From a plasmid, in the sequence record NZ_CP143948.1: a stretch of DNA of 64,000 nt; one strand, 5' to 3'. Every line of letters starts with the position of its first letter. Positions within the stretch are counted from its first letter, which is position 1. A program made the position numbers and the translations under genes. The notes below the pieces were generated by a model. That model was not told the DNA's origin and did not search any database. It saw nothing but the letters and a program-made list of their open reading frames with translations. Shown here piece by piece: positions 8,587 through 18,105 of this stretch.

Positions 8587-9483
8587 TTAATCTGCAGCCT
8601 GTGAGCTTTCCGCTTTTTTACTGCCTGGGAAAACTATCATCTGCTCCAGTTCTTCTTGGGGAACCGCCTGGTATTTTTTAAGGTAATCCACTGTATTGAC
8701 TGTGGTTTTCTCTGTTCCCGGAGTGTCATATACAACTGTCTTGTTCTCTGTGAATTTATTGTCCGGAATAATATCATACTCTATCAAATCCAGATTATCT
8801 CTTACGCAGAATGTCATGTATGTTTTTCCATCCAGCTTTATCCTCTCAAATGTTCCAAATGATACTATATCTTGACTTTCCTCTTTCTCTGTCTGATTCC
8901 ATATCTCACTTTCCTCCTCTCTTGTATAAAGAGTTCCCTTTGAATATGAATACAGTGTCTCCAGCCGGGCATTATTTCCCGAATCATCTGTAGTGATTTC
9001 CCTCTGTACATACCTTTCCTCAGCTGTATACTTTTCATATCCATACTTGGTATCATGCCACTTCCAACTTGCACCATATGCGCCTATATCATATGTTGAA
9101 TAATCCACTTTATTATGTATTATGTCACCAAGTCTGGTCTCCATAAGGAAATCATCAGGATTATCATAGCCTTTTAGTTTCTCTCCATCATATGAGATAA
9201 TATTAACTTTTAAATCCTCTGTTATTTCTACAGGTGTATTTGATTCGGCAATACACATCCTATATATCATTATCTTTCCTTCCTCTTTAATCCTCTGATC
9301 TATCATCTCTGATATCGTGATTTCACCTTCCGGCTCTGTGGTCACAAGCTCTGCTGCCGTGCAATCTGTTTCTGTTGCCTGAGCTGCTGATGTGTCATTT
9401 TCCTTCTTATCCTTTTTTTCACATGCTGTCACCATACATAACATACATGCTGCTATCATAAGAACTGATATTGCTTTCTTCAT
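8587..9483 (-). CDS. secreted lipoprotein, paralog B (~88% aa identity to 10546-11445)
   Basis: Signal peptide with lipobox MVTAC and an AGGAGG RBS. It is near-identical to copy A along its whole length. Confidence 0.6.
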   Translation of the reverse strand: MKKAISVLMIAACMLCMVTACEKKDKKENDTSAAQATETDCTAAELVTTEPEGEITISEMIDQRIKEEGKIMIYRMCIAESNTPVEITEDLKVNIISYDGEKLKGYDNPDDFLMETRLGDIIHNKVDYSTYDIGAYGASWKWHDTKYGYEKYTAEERYVQREITTDDSGNNARLETLYSYSKGTLYTREEESEIWNQTEKEESQDIVSFGTFERIKLDGKTYMTFCVRDNLDLIEYDIIPDNKFTENKTVVYDTPGTEKTTVNTVDYLKKYQAVPQEELEQMIVFPGSKKAESSQAAD

Positions 9484-9619
9484 AATAAATTTTCCTCCTG
9501 TATGCGTTGCATTCATGCCTATTTATTGTTATCTCAATTTTCCAAAATGTACTTCATATATTCCTTTACTCTGTTACACAAAGCCCTAAACAATCTCATC
9601 ATGATGTAATTTCTCCGGA

Positions 9620-10036
9620 TTATTTTTTCAATTTAACGTCACCTAATATCTCATTTAATCTATAATCATGTCCTGACTGAAAATTAATAACTACATCCTT
9701 GAATGGGTCCGAACTGTCCTTTTCGTCATTATCGTTCTGTATTTGTTCCCATAATTTTCCAATCGCTTCATCAGAGGCTATATACTGCTCTAGCGAATTA
9801 TTCAATACCTCATATGTATTATTAAATAAATCCTCCACGGCAAATGAAATCGTTGTCAGAAAAGTATTTATGCTCTCTATTTCCGGCACGCTGTCTCCTT
9901 TGCTGTGTATCTGGGTTCCCTGTATTTCAACTATCTTATTAGTCAGCTCATTTCCTGATTTTAAACTCTCCATTCTCTCCAGCGCATAGCTAAATTCCTT
10001 AAGTCTTATTTCTTTACTGTCTCCGCTTTTTATCAT
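9620..10036 (-). CDS. hypothetical acidic protein downstream of esxA
   Basis: 138 aa with no TM. Position only. Confidence 0.35.
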   Translation of the reverse strand: MIKSGDSKEIRLKEFSYALERMESLKSGNELTNKIVEIQGTQIHSKGDSVPEIESINTFLTTISFAVEDLFNNTYEVLNNSLEQYIASDEAIGKLWEQIQNDNDEKDSSDPFKDVVINFQSGHDYRLNEILGDVKLKK

Positions 10037-10149
10037 GACTTTTCTGTCCTCCTGTTAATGTATAAAATTATGGTCTTATTTTAAAAGCAGCTCTGCTGCT
10101 CTTGAAATAAAGCCACAATACAAATACAATACAAATACAATACAATTCC

Positions 10150-10181
10150 ACACCACAGCCTGTGGTGTGGAATCCGGCATT
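10150..10181 (-). terminator. 12-bp stem-loop downstream of esxA, followed by T-rich 11-mer tandem repeats
   Basis: ttccacaccaca-gcc-tgtggtgtggaa, then (caatacaaata)x3 on the transcribed strand. Confidence 0.4.
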
Positions 10182-10190
10182 GAATGAATT

Positions 10191-10487
10191 TTACATGCTG
10201 AACTGATTTGCTATCTGTGTATCGGTTGACTCTACTGCCTCTGCAGTCTTGTCAAGTGCCGCTGCGATATCATCGATCAGCTCTTTTCCTTTTACAAATG
10301 AAGGTCTGAGCTCTGCAAACTTGTTGGCATATGCCTCTGATGCTGAGCCCTCCCACTCTGTGAGCAGGGTTTCAAGTAATCTGTCCATCTTGTCGATTAC
10401 GCTCTGTACATTATCTGCTTCTGTCCTGTACTCTCCTGCCCTTTCTCTCATTGTGTCAGGTGTCATTCTGATCTGTCCTGCTGCCAT
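10191..10487 (-). CDS. esxA: WXG100 family T7SS substrate EsxA
   Basis: 98 aa with AAGGAGG RBS. W-x-G motif LTEWEGSASEAY. Helical hairpin profile. Confidence 0.85.
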   Translation of the reverse strand: MAAGQIRMTPDTMRERAGEYRTEADNVQSVIDKMDRLLETLLTEWEGSASEAYANKFAELRPSFVKGKELIDDIAAALDKTAEAVESTDTQIANQFSM

Positions 10488-10545
10488 TTTCATGTCCTCC
10501 TTAAAATAATTTTTATATATAATTGCATAAGCAATCATACCGTAT

Positions 10546-11445
10546 TTAATCTGCAGCCTGTGAGCTTTCCGCTTTTTCGCTGCCTGGGAAAATTATCATC
10601 TGCTCCAGCTCTTCTTTGGGAACCGCCTGGTATTTTTTGAGGTAATCCACTGTATTGACTGTGGTTCCCTCTGATCCCGGAGTGTCATATACAACTGTCT
10701 TGTTCTCTGTGAATTTATTGTCCGGAATTATATAATACTTTATCAGATTCAAATTATCTCTTACGCAGAATGTCATGTATGTTTTTCCATCCAGCTTTAT
10801 CCTCTCAAATGTTCCAAATGATACTATATCTAGACTGTCCTCTTTCTCTGTCTGATTCCATACCTCACTTCCCTCCTCTCTTGTATAAAGAGTTCCCTTT
10901 GAATACGAATACAGTGTCTCCATCTGGGTATTATTTCCCGAATCATCTGTAGTGATTTCGCGCTGTACATAGCCTTCTTCTTCCACATACTTTTCGTCTC
11001 CACCAGACACATAACGATGTCGCTTCCAGTTTCCACCATATGCGCCTATATTATATGTTGAATAATCCACTTTATTATGTATTATGTCACCAAGTCTGGT
11101 CTCCCCTCTGCGATTAGAGCTATTTCCATAATCGATAAGTTCTTTCCCATCATACGATATAATATTTACGTTTAAATCCTCTGTTATTTCCAAAGGAGTC
11201 TTTGACGGACCAAAATGCATCCTATATATCATTATCTTCCCTTCCTCTTTAATCCTCTGATCTATCATCTCTGATATCGTGATTTCACCTTCCGGCTCTG
11301 TGGTCACACGCTCTGCTGCCGTGCAATCTGTTTCTGTTGCCTGTGCTGCTGATGTGTCATTTTCCTTCTTATCCTTTTTTTCACATGCTGTCACCATACA
11401 TAACATACATGCTGCTATCATAAGAACTGATATTGCTTTCTTCAT
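10546..11445 (-). CDS. secreted lipoprotein, paralog A
   Basis: Lipobox MVTAC. 299 aa, Tyr/Thr-rich. Confidence 0.6.
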   Translation of the reverse strand: MKKAISVLMIAACMLCMVTACEKKDKKENDTSAAQATETDCTAAERVTTEPEGEITISEMIDQRIKEEGKIMIYRMHFGPSKTPLEITEDLNVNIISYDGKELIDYGNSSNRRGETRLGDIIHNKVDYSTYNIGAYGGNWKRHRYVSGGDEKYVEEEGYVQREITTDDSGNNTQMETLYSYSKGTLYTREEGSEVWNQTEKEDSLDIVSFGTFERIKLDGKTYMTFCVRDNLNLIKYYIIPDNKFTENKTVVYDTPGSEGTTVNTVDYLKKYQAVPKEELEQMIIFPGSEKAESSQAAD

Positions 11446-11496
11446 AATAAATTTTCCTTTCTGTATGCGTTGCATTCATGCCTATTTATTGTTATC

Positions 11497-13218
11497 TCAA
11501 TTTTCTATAACGTAATCAATATAGTTTGACACTCTGTTGCACAAAGCCTTATAGTCTTCGTCATCCTCTCTCTGATTTTTATCACCTGCTCCCCTGGCAT
11601 AGTCCTCCAAGTCATCAATACTTACCTGCTGTTTCGGCTCTGCCTGTGCATTATATGCATCCACCATCTTCGTCACTTTCTCCACATCCATCGTGATATT
11701 ATCACAGATATAGGTGTCACCTACCCTGGTTATCTCCATATCCATGCCGAAATAATTGGCATCTTCTATCATGTCCTGACATGTAAAGTCTGTTTCTGTC
11801 AGTCTGTCTTTTGCTTCATCAATTTCTGCATTATTTTGTACATTTTCATTATTTTCATCATATGCTGCATTTAAGTCATTCAAATAATTTATTGCTGCGT
11901 TAGCCTTGTTAATCTTATCTCCTACGGTTTCATTTATTATTACCGCTGAAAGGCCTATAGCTTCATCAATAATCTTACCTTTTAAAGTATTACTTGTTAC
12001 ATCAAAAAATACTCTGCATTCAGTCTTTTCCTCTTCCTTTTGATTTTCAAGATTCTGCTTTGTATTCTCAATCATGCCGTGTGGAAGTACATGGCTTACA
12101 ATCTGATTATCTACCATTCCATACGCATCTATCTGATTGACCTTCTCATTTTCTTTTCCTACTTTTTCATTAATAGTTCCATTTGTTACCTTGACGTTAT
12201 AATATTTGTCCAATATCTCCCTGTCATTGCTGTCTGTAATATTGCATATGCTTACATCAAACGGCAGCTCTTTCAGGCATACGGATACGGTCACATTTTT
12301 CTCTTTATCGGAATGTATTGTAAATCCATCGTTTTTTCCATTATATGCAACTCCTATTGTCGGGTAGCTATCAACCATTGCTTTAAACAGGGATGACACT
12401 CTGTACTGCTCTTTCATCTCTTCAAGCGCTTCATCACTAATCTCGTCGTTTCTGTATGCACATTTTTCGCTGTAATAGTCAATTATATCCATACTTGTCT
12501 TATATATATCCACCGCCCTCTTAAATGTATTCGTGACACTCACACTGTAATACTTAGGGTCTTCCAGATCTGCATTATCTATCCACTCATCATCCTTGGC
12601 GTTTCCATAACCTGCGCGCAGCATGTTCTCTATATTTGCTATGGTTTCTTCCTCATCATCTGTGGACAGCTTTGGAAATACTGATACAAGTGCCTGCAGC
12701 TCTGCATCTGGTACAAATTCCTTCCGCATCTCATAGTTTATTTCGTCCCAGTTCATAACTGTCTTTCCATTAGAATCCACTGAATAGAATCGCTCTTTAT
12801 AATACTCTGTTATCTTCGAGTCCACTTTTGCCTGTATATTACCAGCTTTTGTTTTCAATGTCTGGCAATCCATCGTATATATATTCTCAACGGATCTTAC
12901 ATTAATAAGAGCTGCCAGTTCTTTAATTGCAGTGCTGAATCTTTCCAAGTCCATATATTCGTCCCGAAACCTGGCTGCATATAGATCATCCACTCCATTT
13001 ACATTATCAAACATCCTTCTTACACTATTGCTTGCCTCTTCATTTTGTCTCTGATATTCTGTTGCCGCGTTTCTTAGCTGTGATTCATAATCATATTGAA
13101 ATATACCTTTGGTTTCCACTACACCGTAGGTTTTGTTTATTTCCTCCCACTGTTCTTCTCCTCCCATATAGCTTTGTATGTCATCGTATGCTTCCTGCGT
13201 AAAATCCTTAAATTTCAT
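11497..13218 (-). CDS. LXG-like T7SS effector (573 aa) with an unassigned C-terminal domain
   Basis: No signal peptide. The N-terminus is helical and loosely similar to that of the 598-aa toxin. It is preceded by a YwqH/YwqI-like small-gene pair. Confidence 0.4.
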   Translation of the reverse strand: MKFKDFTQEAYDDIQSYMGGEEQWEEINKTYGVVETKGIFQYDYESQLRNAATEYQRQNEEASNSVRRMFDNVNGVDDLYAARFRDEYMDLERFSTAIKELAALINVRSVENIYTMDCQTLKTKAGNIQAKVDSKITEYYKERFYSVDSNGKTVMNWDEINYEMRKEFVPDAELQALVSVFPKLSTDDEEETIANIENMLRAGYGNAKDDEWIDNADLEDPKYYSVSVTNTFKRAVDIYKTSMDIIDYYSEKCAYRNDEISDEALEEMKEQYRVSSLFKAMVDSYPTIGVAYNGKNDGFTIHSDKEKNVTVSVCLKELPFDVSICNITDSNDREILDKYYNVKVTNGTINEKVGKENEKVNQIDAYGMVDNQIVSHVLPHGMIENTKQNLENQKEEEKTECRVFFDVTSNTLKGKIIDEAIGLSAVIINETVGDKINKANAAINYLNDLNAAYDENNENVQNNAEIDEAKDRLTETDFTCQDMIEDANYFGMDMEITRVGDTYICDNITMDVEKVTKMVDAYNAQAEPKQQVSIDDLEDYARGAGDKNQREDDEDYKALCNRVSNYIDYVIEN

Positions 13219-13236
13219 TATGCGTCACCCCTCCTT

Positions 13237-13548
13237 CTAATACGCTTCATATGTTCCTATACCATATATATCTCCATCTGCCTCATCTACATCTCTCACA
13301 AATTCATTAAGTTTTTTTGACATTTCCCTGAAGGATTCTCCCAGTATACTCTGATATGTATGAACAGCATCCTCGTACACTTCCAGCTTATCGTGCAATT
13401 CACCGCTTATAACCGCATTTGTGTTTATAATATCAAGTATCATCTGATATTCGTTCATCTGTCTATCTGCAATCTTTGCAAGTTCTGAGTATAAACGCAC
13501 AAGTTCTGTAAATTCCTCCTGCTCAAACATTAAATTGTACTGTCCCAT
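13237..13548 (-). CDS. YwqI-like small WXG100-like protein
   Basis: 103 aa, helical. Its start is adjacent to the stop of the upstream gene. Confidence 0.4.
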   Translation of the reverse strand: MGQYNLMFEQEEFTELVRLYSELAKIADRQMNEYQMILDIINTNAVISGELHDKLEVYEDAVHTYQSILGESFREMSKKLNEFVRDVDEADGDIYGIGTYEAY

Positions 13549-13976
13549 TACTTACTCTCCATTCTTCTTTTTTTTATTCTCAGCTGCTCTATATTGTCCT
13601 CATATGTACACAGCTGCTGATTTATTTCATATATCCTGTCATTTCTGCTCCTGATTGCATTCTCTACATCTCTCAGCATTGAATCTATAGCATTCATCGC
13701 ATTGGCTACATACGATTTTCCGTCGTTTAATGAATTAATACTCTTAAGTCTGCCCTTCAGATTTGTTATATTACGACTGCTATATCTGTCCATGCCGGCT
13801 ATATTATCAACTCTGCATTTAAACCGGTTTTGCGCCTGCCATTTATATTCCTTTATTTTCAATGCTTCCTGATCCAAAGCATCTATTTCATTAAGCAGCC
13901 TGTTTTTCTCAAGCTGCAGATTTTCTACATTTGCCCGGTACCTTGATATTCTGCGACTTAATTCTTTTAGTTCCAT
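13548..13976 (-). CDS. YwqH/DUF5082-like coiled-coil protein
   Basis: 142 aa with a coiled-coil heptad pattern. It is the first gene of the effector operon. Confidence 0.4.
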   Translation of the reverse strand: MELKELSRRISRYRANVENLQLEKNRLLNEIDALDQEALKIKEYKWQAQNRFKCRVDNIAGMDRYSSRNITNLKGRLKSINSLNDGKSYVANAMNAIDSMLRDVENAIRSRNDRIYEINQQLCTYEDNIEQLRIKKRRMESK

Positions 13977-14011
13977 AATAGTATTATTCTCCTCACCTTT
14001 TATATTTAAAG

Positions 14012-15052
14012 CTATTCATTAAATATAAATTCCTCATTAGCTAACATCAGACAGTCTCCCGGTAATATCTCTGTTTCCTGCCCCGCCTTTATTATCCTTC
14101 CATTGATAAATGTGCCATTGGTAGAATTTTGGTCCATTACATAATAACGTCCGTTTCGCATGGTTATCACTGCATGCACCCTGCTGATATTCGTATTGTC
14201 TGCTACCGCATAATCTGACTTTTCCGGATTCTTTCCCAGCACAAACGATGGTTTGCCAAGCTCTATCTTTTCACCTGTTACCTGCCTTGTAAGACTTGCA
14301 AAATGATAGTTCACCGGTTGCATCTGCTGTATCTGCTGTACGGATATGCCATCATCTGACAACACTGTAGTTCCATCCATGCTGCCCTGCATTACCTGCT
14401 GCATTATCTGTTGCTGCATTGTCTGTTGCTGCATTGTCTGTTGCTGCATTATCTGTTGCTGCATTGTCTGCTGCATTGTCACTGCTTTGTTTTTCAGCAC
14501 GTTCACAACTGCACGCTCTTCGCGTGAGATATATTTTTCTATTGCATTGCCGTTGAAGCCATGGAAGCTTCTGACATAATACATAAATCTGGATATATAA
14601 TTCGTATCCTCATTGATAACAGGTGTCATTGTATAAATTATGTTTTCTATAAACCCGACAATATCTGCACTTTCCTGTCCTCCTACTATCGGAAAATATA
14701 TAAAGTACATCTCTTTTGTCATCTCGTTTATGTATACGTCATCCATATTAAAACGAACACTGTTTACGTTCAGTCCGTTATTGTATACATCCTCAACCAT
14801 TATTACTATCTGCTCAATCATGAAAAAGAAATCATATTTGCTTATGGCTTTTTTCAATCTATCGGTAAGATTTATATTTGCAGGGCACGTATATATGACA
14901 CTGTCTTTTTTTGTTTTTGTCACATGCATGATTCCACATGGTTTTATTCTGGCTAGCTGGCTTAGTTCGGTTTCATTTATTCTTTCCTTTCGTCCTGCCT
15001 TCATCATGGCAGTAACGGTCGATTTTTTTATGCTTACTTTTAATTTAGACAT
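14012..15052 (-). CDS. FHA domain protein with a poly-Q linker
   Basis: C-terminal FHA signature (…GKNPEKSDYAVADNTNISRVHAVI…NSTNGTFINGRII…). Carries a (QQT/IMQ)n repeat. Confidence 0.7.
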   Translation of the reverse strand: MSKLKVSIKKSTVTAMMKAGRKERINETELSQLARIKPCGIMHVTKTKKDSVIYTCPANINLTDRLKKAISKYDFFFMIEQIVIMVEDVYNNGLNVNSVRFNMDDVYINEMTKEMYFIYFPIVGGQESADIVGFIENIIYTMTPVINEDTNYISRFMYYVRSFHGFNGNAIEKYISREERAVVNVLKNKAVTMQQTMQQQIMQQQTMQQQTMQQQIMQQVMQGSMDGTTVLSDDGISVQQIQQMQPVNYHFASLTRQVTGEKIELGKPSFVLGKNPEKSDYAVADNTNISRVHAVITMRNGRYYVMDQNSTNGTFINGRIIKAGQETEILPGDCLMLANEEFIFNE

Positions 15053-15069
15053 TCGCTATTTTCCATTCC

Positions 15070-15489
15070 TTATGAGATACATTCTGTCGTATGTAAAAAT
15101 TCTATTTTCTTTGTTACTTCGAACCTGATATTGGTTTTTTGCAGCTTTTCGGTTATATCTTCCAATACTGTGGTTTCATCCTGCAATACTTCTGTCGGTG
15201 CATCCAGCACAGTAGTTTCATCTATATTTTGTGTATATCCCGGCTTTTTCTTATTCTCCCCTGCCAGGTTATATGACGGTGCTATCGGACCGGACGATGT
15301 TATGTCAATATGTCCCGCTGTCTGCTTTTGTACAATTGCTGCAATTCCTTTCCGGGCAGATTTTCCGGTAAGTGCACCTATGACCTTAGGTATTTCAAGC
15401 ACTATAAGTATGACTATTGAAGCTATAAGCATTATGGCAAATGCGGTGAAGGATACGTAAAATATCATCCTGTACTGATTATAAGTCAT
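15070..15489 (-). CDS. small N-terminally membrane-anchored protein with ETTVL(D/E) repeats
   Basis: One TM helix at residues 8-30. Overlaps the kinase gene by 11 nt. Confidence 0.4.
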   Translation of the reverse strand: MTYNQYRMIFYVSFTAFAIMLIASIVILIVLEIPKVIGALTGKSARKGIAAIVQKQTAGHIDITSSGPIAPSYNLAGENKKKPGYTQNIDETTVLDAPTEVLQDETTVLEDITEKLQKTNIRFEVTKKIEFLHTTECIS

Positions 15490-17176
15490 CTTTGTTTTCC
15501 TCCTTCACGCTCTGTGCCTTCTCAATTGTTTTGTCTATATTATCCTGCAATCCTGTTATTTGCTCGCGCATTATGGATTTATCCAGCTTTTCTGTTTTGT
15601 CCTTTATCGTATGTAATAAATCCATAACTTTATCCTTATCTGTCACTGCTATAAATGATGTGATATTTGTGTCAACTATATCATCTATCTCATTCCATAC
15701 CTGAATCTTTGCGTCTACGCTGTCAAAATCCTCTGATTTTGCATATAGCTCATTTATTTGCTTCCATAGCTTTTTGTATTCTTCATATGTTTTTTCTGTC
15801 TGTTGTATCTTTGCTCCATCATACTGGCTAATCAATGTCAGACAATCTGATATCTCACAGTATATTCCTGCCTCCGGATGATTCTCCTTCGCTTCCTTGA
15901 ACCACTGCGCCGCACTGGAGTATCTGTCTTTTTCCACATTGATTTCGTAGTAGAATAAAAAGCTTTCACCAATCTTATAGCATACATCCTCATATCCCTT
16001 TGGATTTTTTCCTTTCAGCTTTGCCATGACATCATATGTATGCACCCGGCCATTGTGGTCCTTGCAATCTATACCTACCATCAGCCTGTTCAATATCTGC
16101 GCCTCATCCCTGTCCAGCACAAAATCGTCTGTCAGTTTGTCATTCAGCTTAAGATATGCCTCCGTCCTTGTCGGGTCGGTGACTATAGCCGTGTAATATC
16201 CATTGTCATAATTGTCATAGGTATCCGCTTCTTTTAATATGCTATTATAGTTTTCATTTTTTTTGTGTTCTGCCGCACAATAGCTTAATACTGTGCTTGT
16301 TCCAAGCAGCATCGTCAAAACTGATGTGGTGATAAATACCGCAAGCTTTCTCTTTAGATTCTTCCTATACATGTCATCAATCTCTGTATAGTGCTCAAGG
16401 TCATACATCAGCTCAGCTGCGCTCTGATATCTGTTGTTTGGATCCGGCTGTGTACACTTTGTAATAATACGTTCAAGACCACCTGACAATGTTGGGTCAA
16501 TTTCTCTGATCGGCCTTATTTCGTAAGGTGGCTCACAGGGATTCATTCCCGTAACAAGATGATACATTGTGGCTCCCAGACAATATATATCTGTTCTCGC
16601 GTCTGTCTGCCCCATTCCACCAAACTGTTCCGGTGCAGCATATCCCATCGTGCCAAGACATGTTGTATCCTCTATGTTATTTTCCTTATATTCCCTTGCT
16701 GTTCCAAAATCTATAAGCACCACATTTCCATCAGGCTTTAGCATTATGTTTGCCGGCTTCATATCACGATATATGATTGGCGGGTTCTGTGAGTGCAGAT
16801 ACCCAAGAACGTCGCATAGCTGTTTAGCCCACTTTATCACATTTTTCTGCGACTGGGCTCCGTACTCCTGCAATGCTGTCTTGAGAGAATTTCCCTCTAT
16901 ATAATCCATTACGATAAGGAATCTGTCATCCTCATCTATGACATCGACAATATCAGGAAGACTGGGATGGCTCAGTTTTTTGAGCATATTGGTCTCCGCA
17001 ACAAGACTTTGCTTTACCACCTCAAAATCCTTTACTCCATCCTTTCTGACCTCTTTTATTGCCCACTGTTTGTTTGCCCTTTCATTCATAGCCAGGTACA
17101 CAACGCTCATTCCGCCGTGTCCAACTTCGTTTAGTATCTTGTATTTTCCGTCAATTAAAGAGCCTATTTCAAGCAT
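15479..17176 (-). CDS. Hanks-type Ser/Thr protein kinase, single TM, non-PASTA extracellular domain
   Basis: GHGGMSVVY glycine loop, AIKE lysine, YRDMKPANIML, DFG and GTMGYAAPE motifs. TM helix around residue 290. Confidence 0.85.
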   Translation of the reverse strand: MLEIGSLIDGKYKILNEVGHGGMSVVYLAMNERANKQWAIKEVRKDGVKDFEVVKQSLVAETNMLKKLSHPSLPDIVDVIDEDDRFLIVMDYIEGNSLKTALQEYGAQSQKNVIKWAKQLCDVLGYLHSQNPPIIYRDMKPANIMLKPDGNVVLIDFGTAREYKENNIEDTTCLGTMGYAAPEQFGGMGQTDARTDIYCLGATMYHLVTGMNPCEPPYEIRPIREIDPTLSGGLERIITKCTQPDPNNRYQSAAELMYDLEHYTEIDDMYRKNLKRKLAVFITTSVLTMLLGTSTVLSYCAAEHKKNENYNSILKEADTYDNYDNGYYTAIVTDPTRTEAYLKLNDKLTDDFVLDRDEAQILNRLMVGIDCKDHNGRVHTYDVMAKLKGKNPKGYEDVCYKIGESFLFYYEINVEKDRYSSAAQWFKEAKENHPEAGIYCEISDCLTLISQYDGAKIQQTEKTYEEYKKLWKQINELYAKSEDFDSVDAKIQVWNEIDDIVDTNITSFIAVTDKDKVMDLLHTIKDKTEKLDKSIMREQITGLQDNIDKTIEKAQSVKEENKDDL

Positions 17177-17185
17177 CTGTTCCTC

Positions 17186-17968
17186 CTACTGTGCCTTTAT
17201 GAGCGCTGCTGTTATATTATCGCGCTCTCCTCTTTGCATGCTTAGTCTGATGAGCTGCTCCAGTCTGTCGTGCATATTCTGCCCATCTACAGTTGCTGCC
17301 GTTTTCAGCATCTCATAGATTTCCTGTTCTGATACCTCATGCCTGAAGCCATCTGAACAAAGCAGAAGTGACATTCCATTTTTCATTGCCCCGGTCCTGT
17401 ACTCCGGCTTTACTTCTGCTGATGCCCCGACACACTGCAGCAGTACATTCCTTCGCGGATCTCTCATAGCCTGCTCCTGTGTCATATTTCCATTCATAAT
17501 TTCCCGCTGTACATATGTCTGGTCTGTCGTAAGCCTTTCTATATGGTCTGAAAGGCTATATATTCTGGAATCGCCCACGTTTATAATGTAGTAGGCTTTT
17601 TGCGTGACAAGCAGCGCTACCACTGTTGTTCCCATGTTTACTGCATGTGCTTTGCCATATGCTTTTATTTTTTCGTTCTGCTGCTGTATTACTTCATCCC
17701 ACTGTCTTTCCAGAATCAGACTGTCAATATCCGGGTTCGACGATTTGCAAAGCTCAGGCAGCTGCTCGTCACTCCATCTGTCAAATGCTCTGACTACAGT
17801 GGCACTGGCCAGCTCACCCTTCGATAAGCCGCCCATGCCGTCACATAATACTGCAAATGCCATGTCTCCTTTGCATGTTGAGAAGCACTTTACCAGCAGA
17901 CTATCCTGATTAGTTTCTTTTACGATTCCTCTGTCCGTGTCAGCTGCTATTTCAAATCTCATACTCAC
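17186..17968 (-). CDS. PP2C-family Ser/Thr phosphatase
   Basis: Motifs DRGIVKETNQD, DGMGG and VGDSR. 4-nt gap to the kinase gene. Confidence 0.85.
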   Translation of the reverse strand: MSMRFEIAADTDRGIVKETNQDSLLVKCFSTCKGDMAFAVLCDGMGGLSKGELASATVVRAFDRWSDEQLPELCKSSNPDIDSLILERQWDEVIQQQNEKIKAYGKAHAVNMGTTVVALLVTQKAYYIINVGDSRIYSLSDHIERLTTDQTYVQREIMNGNMTQEQAMRDPRRNVLLQCVGASAEVKPEYRTGAMKNGMSLLLCSDGFRHEVSEQEIYEMLKTAATVDGQNMHDRLEQLIRLSMQRGERDNITAALIKAQ

Positions 17969-18105
17969 TCCTCCCAGAATTCAAAATCTTCGTTTCCAAG
18001 TCTGCCTTGAAGGGCATGCGCTTTCGCGCATGCCACAGACATTGTTGTTTTTCCCACACCACCACATGGTAATGTAAATACATAGGTAATTATCTTATTG
18101 CTCAT
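17965..18105 (-). pseudogene. 46-aa ORF carrying a ParA/MinD-type Walker A motif (gene fragment or micro-ORF)
   Basis: MSNKIITYVFTLPCGGVGKTTMSVACAKAHALQGR… It overlaps the stop of the surface-protein gene and the start of the phosphatase gene. Confidence 0.3.
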
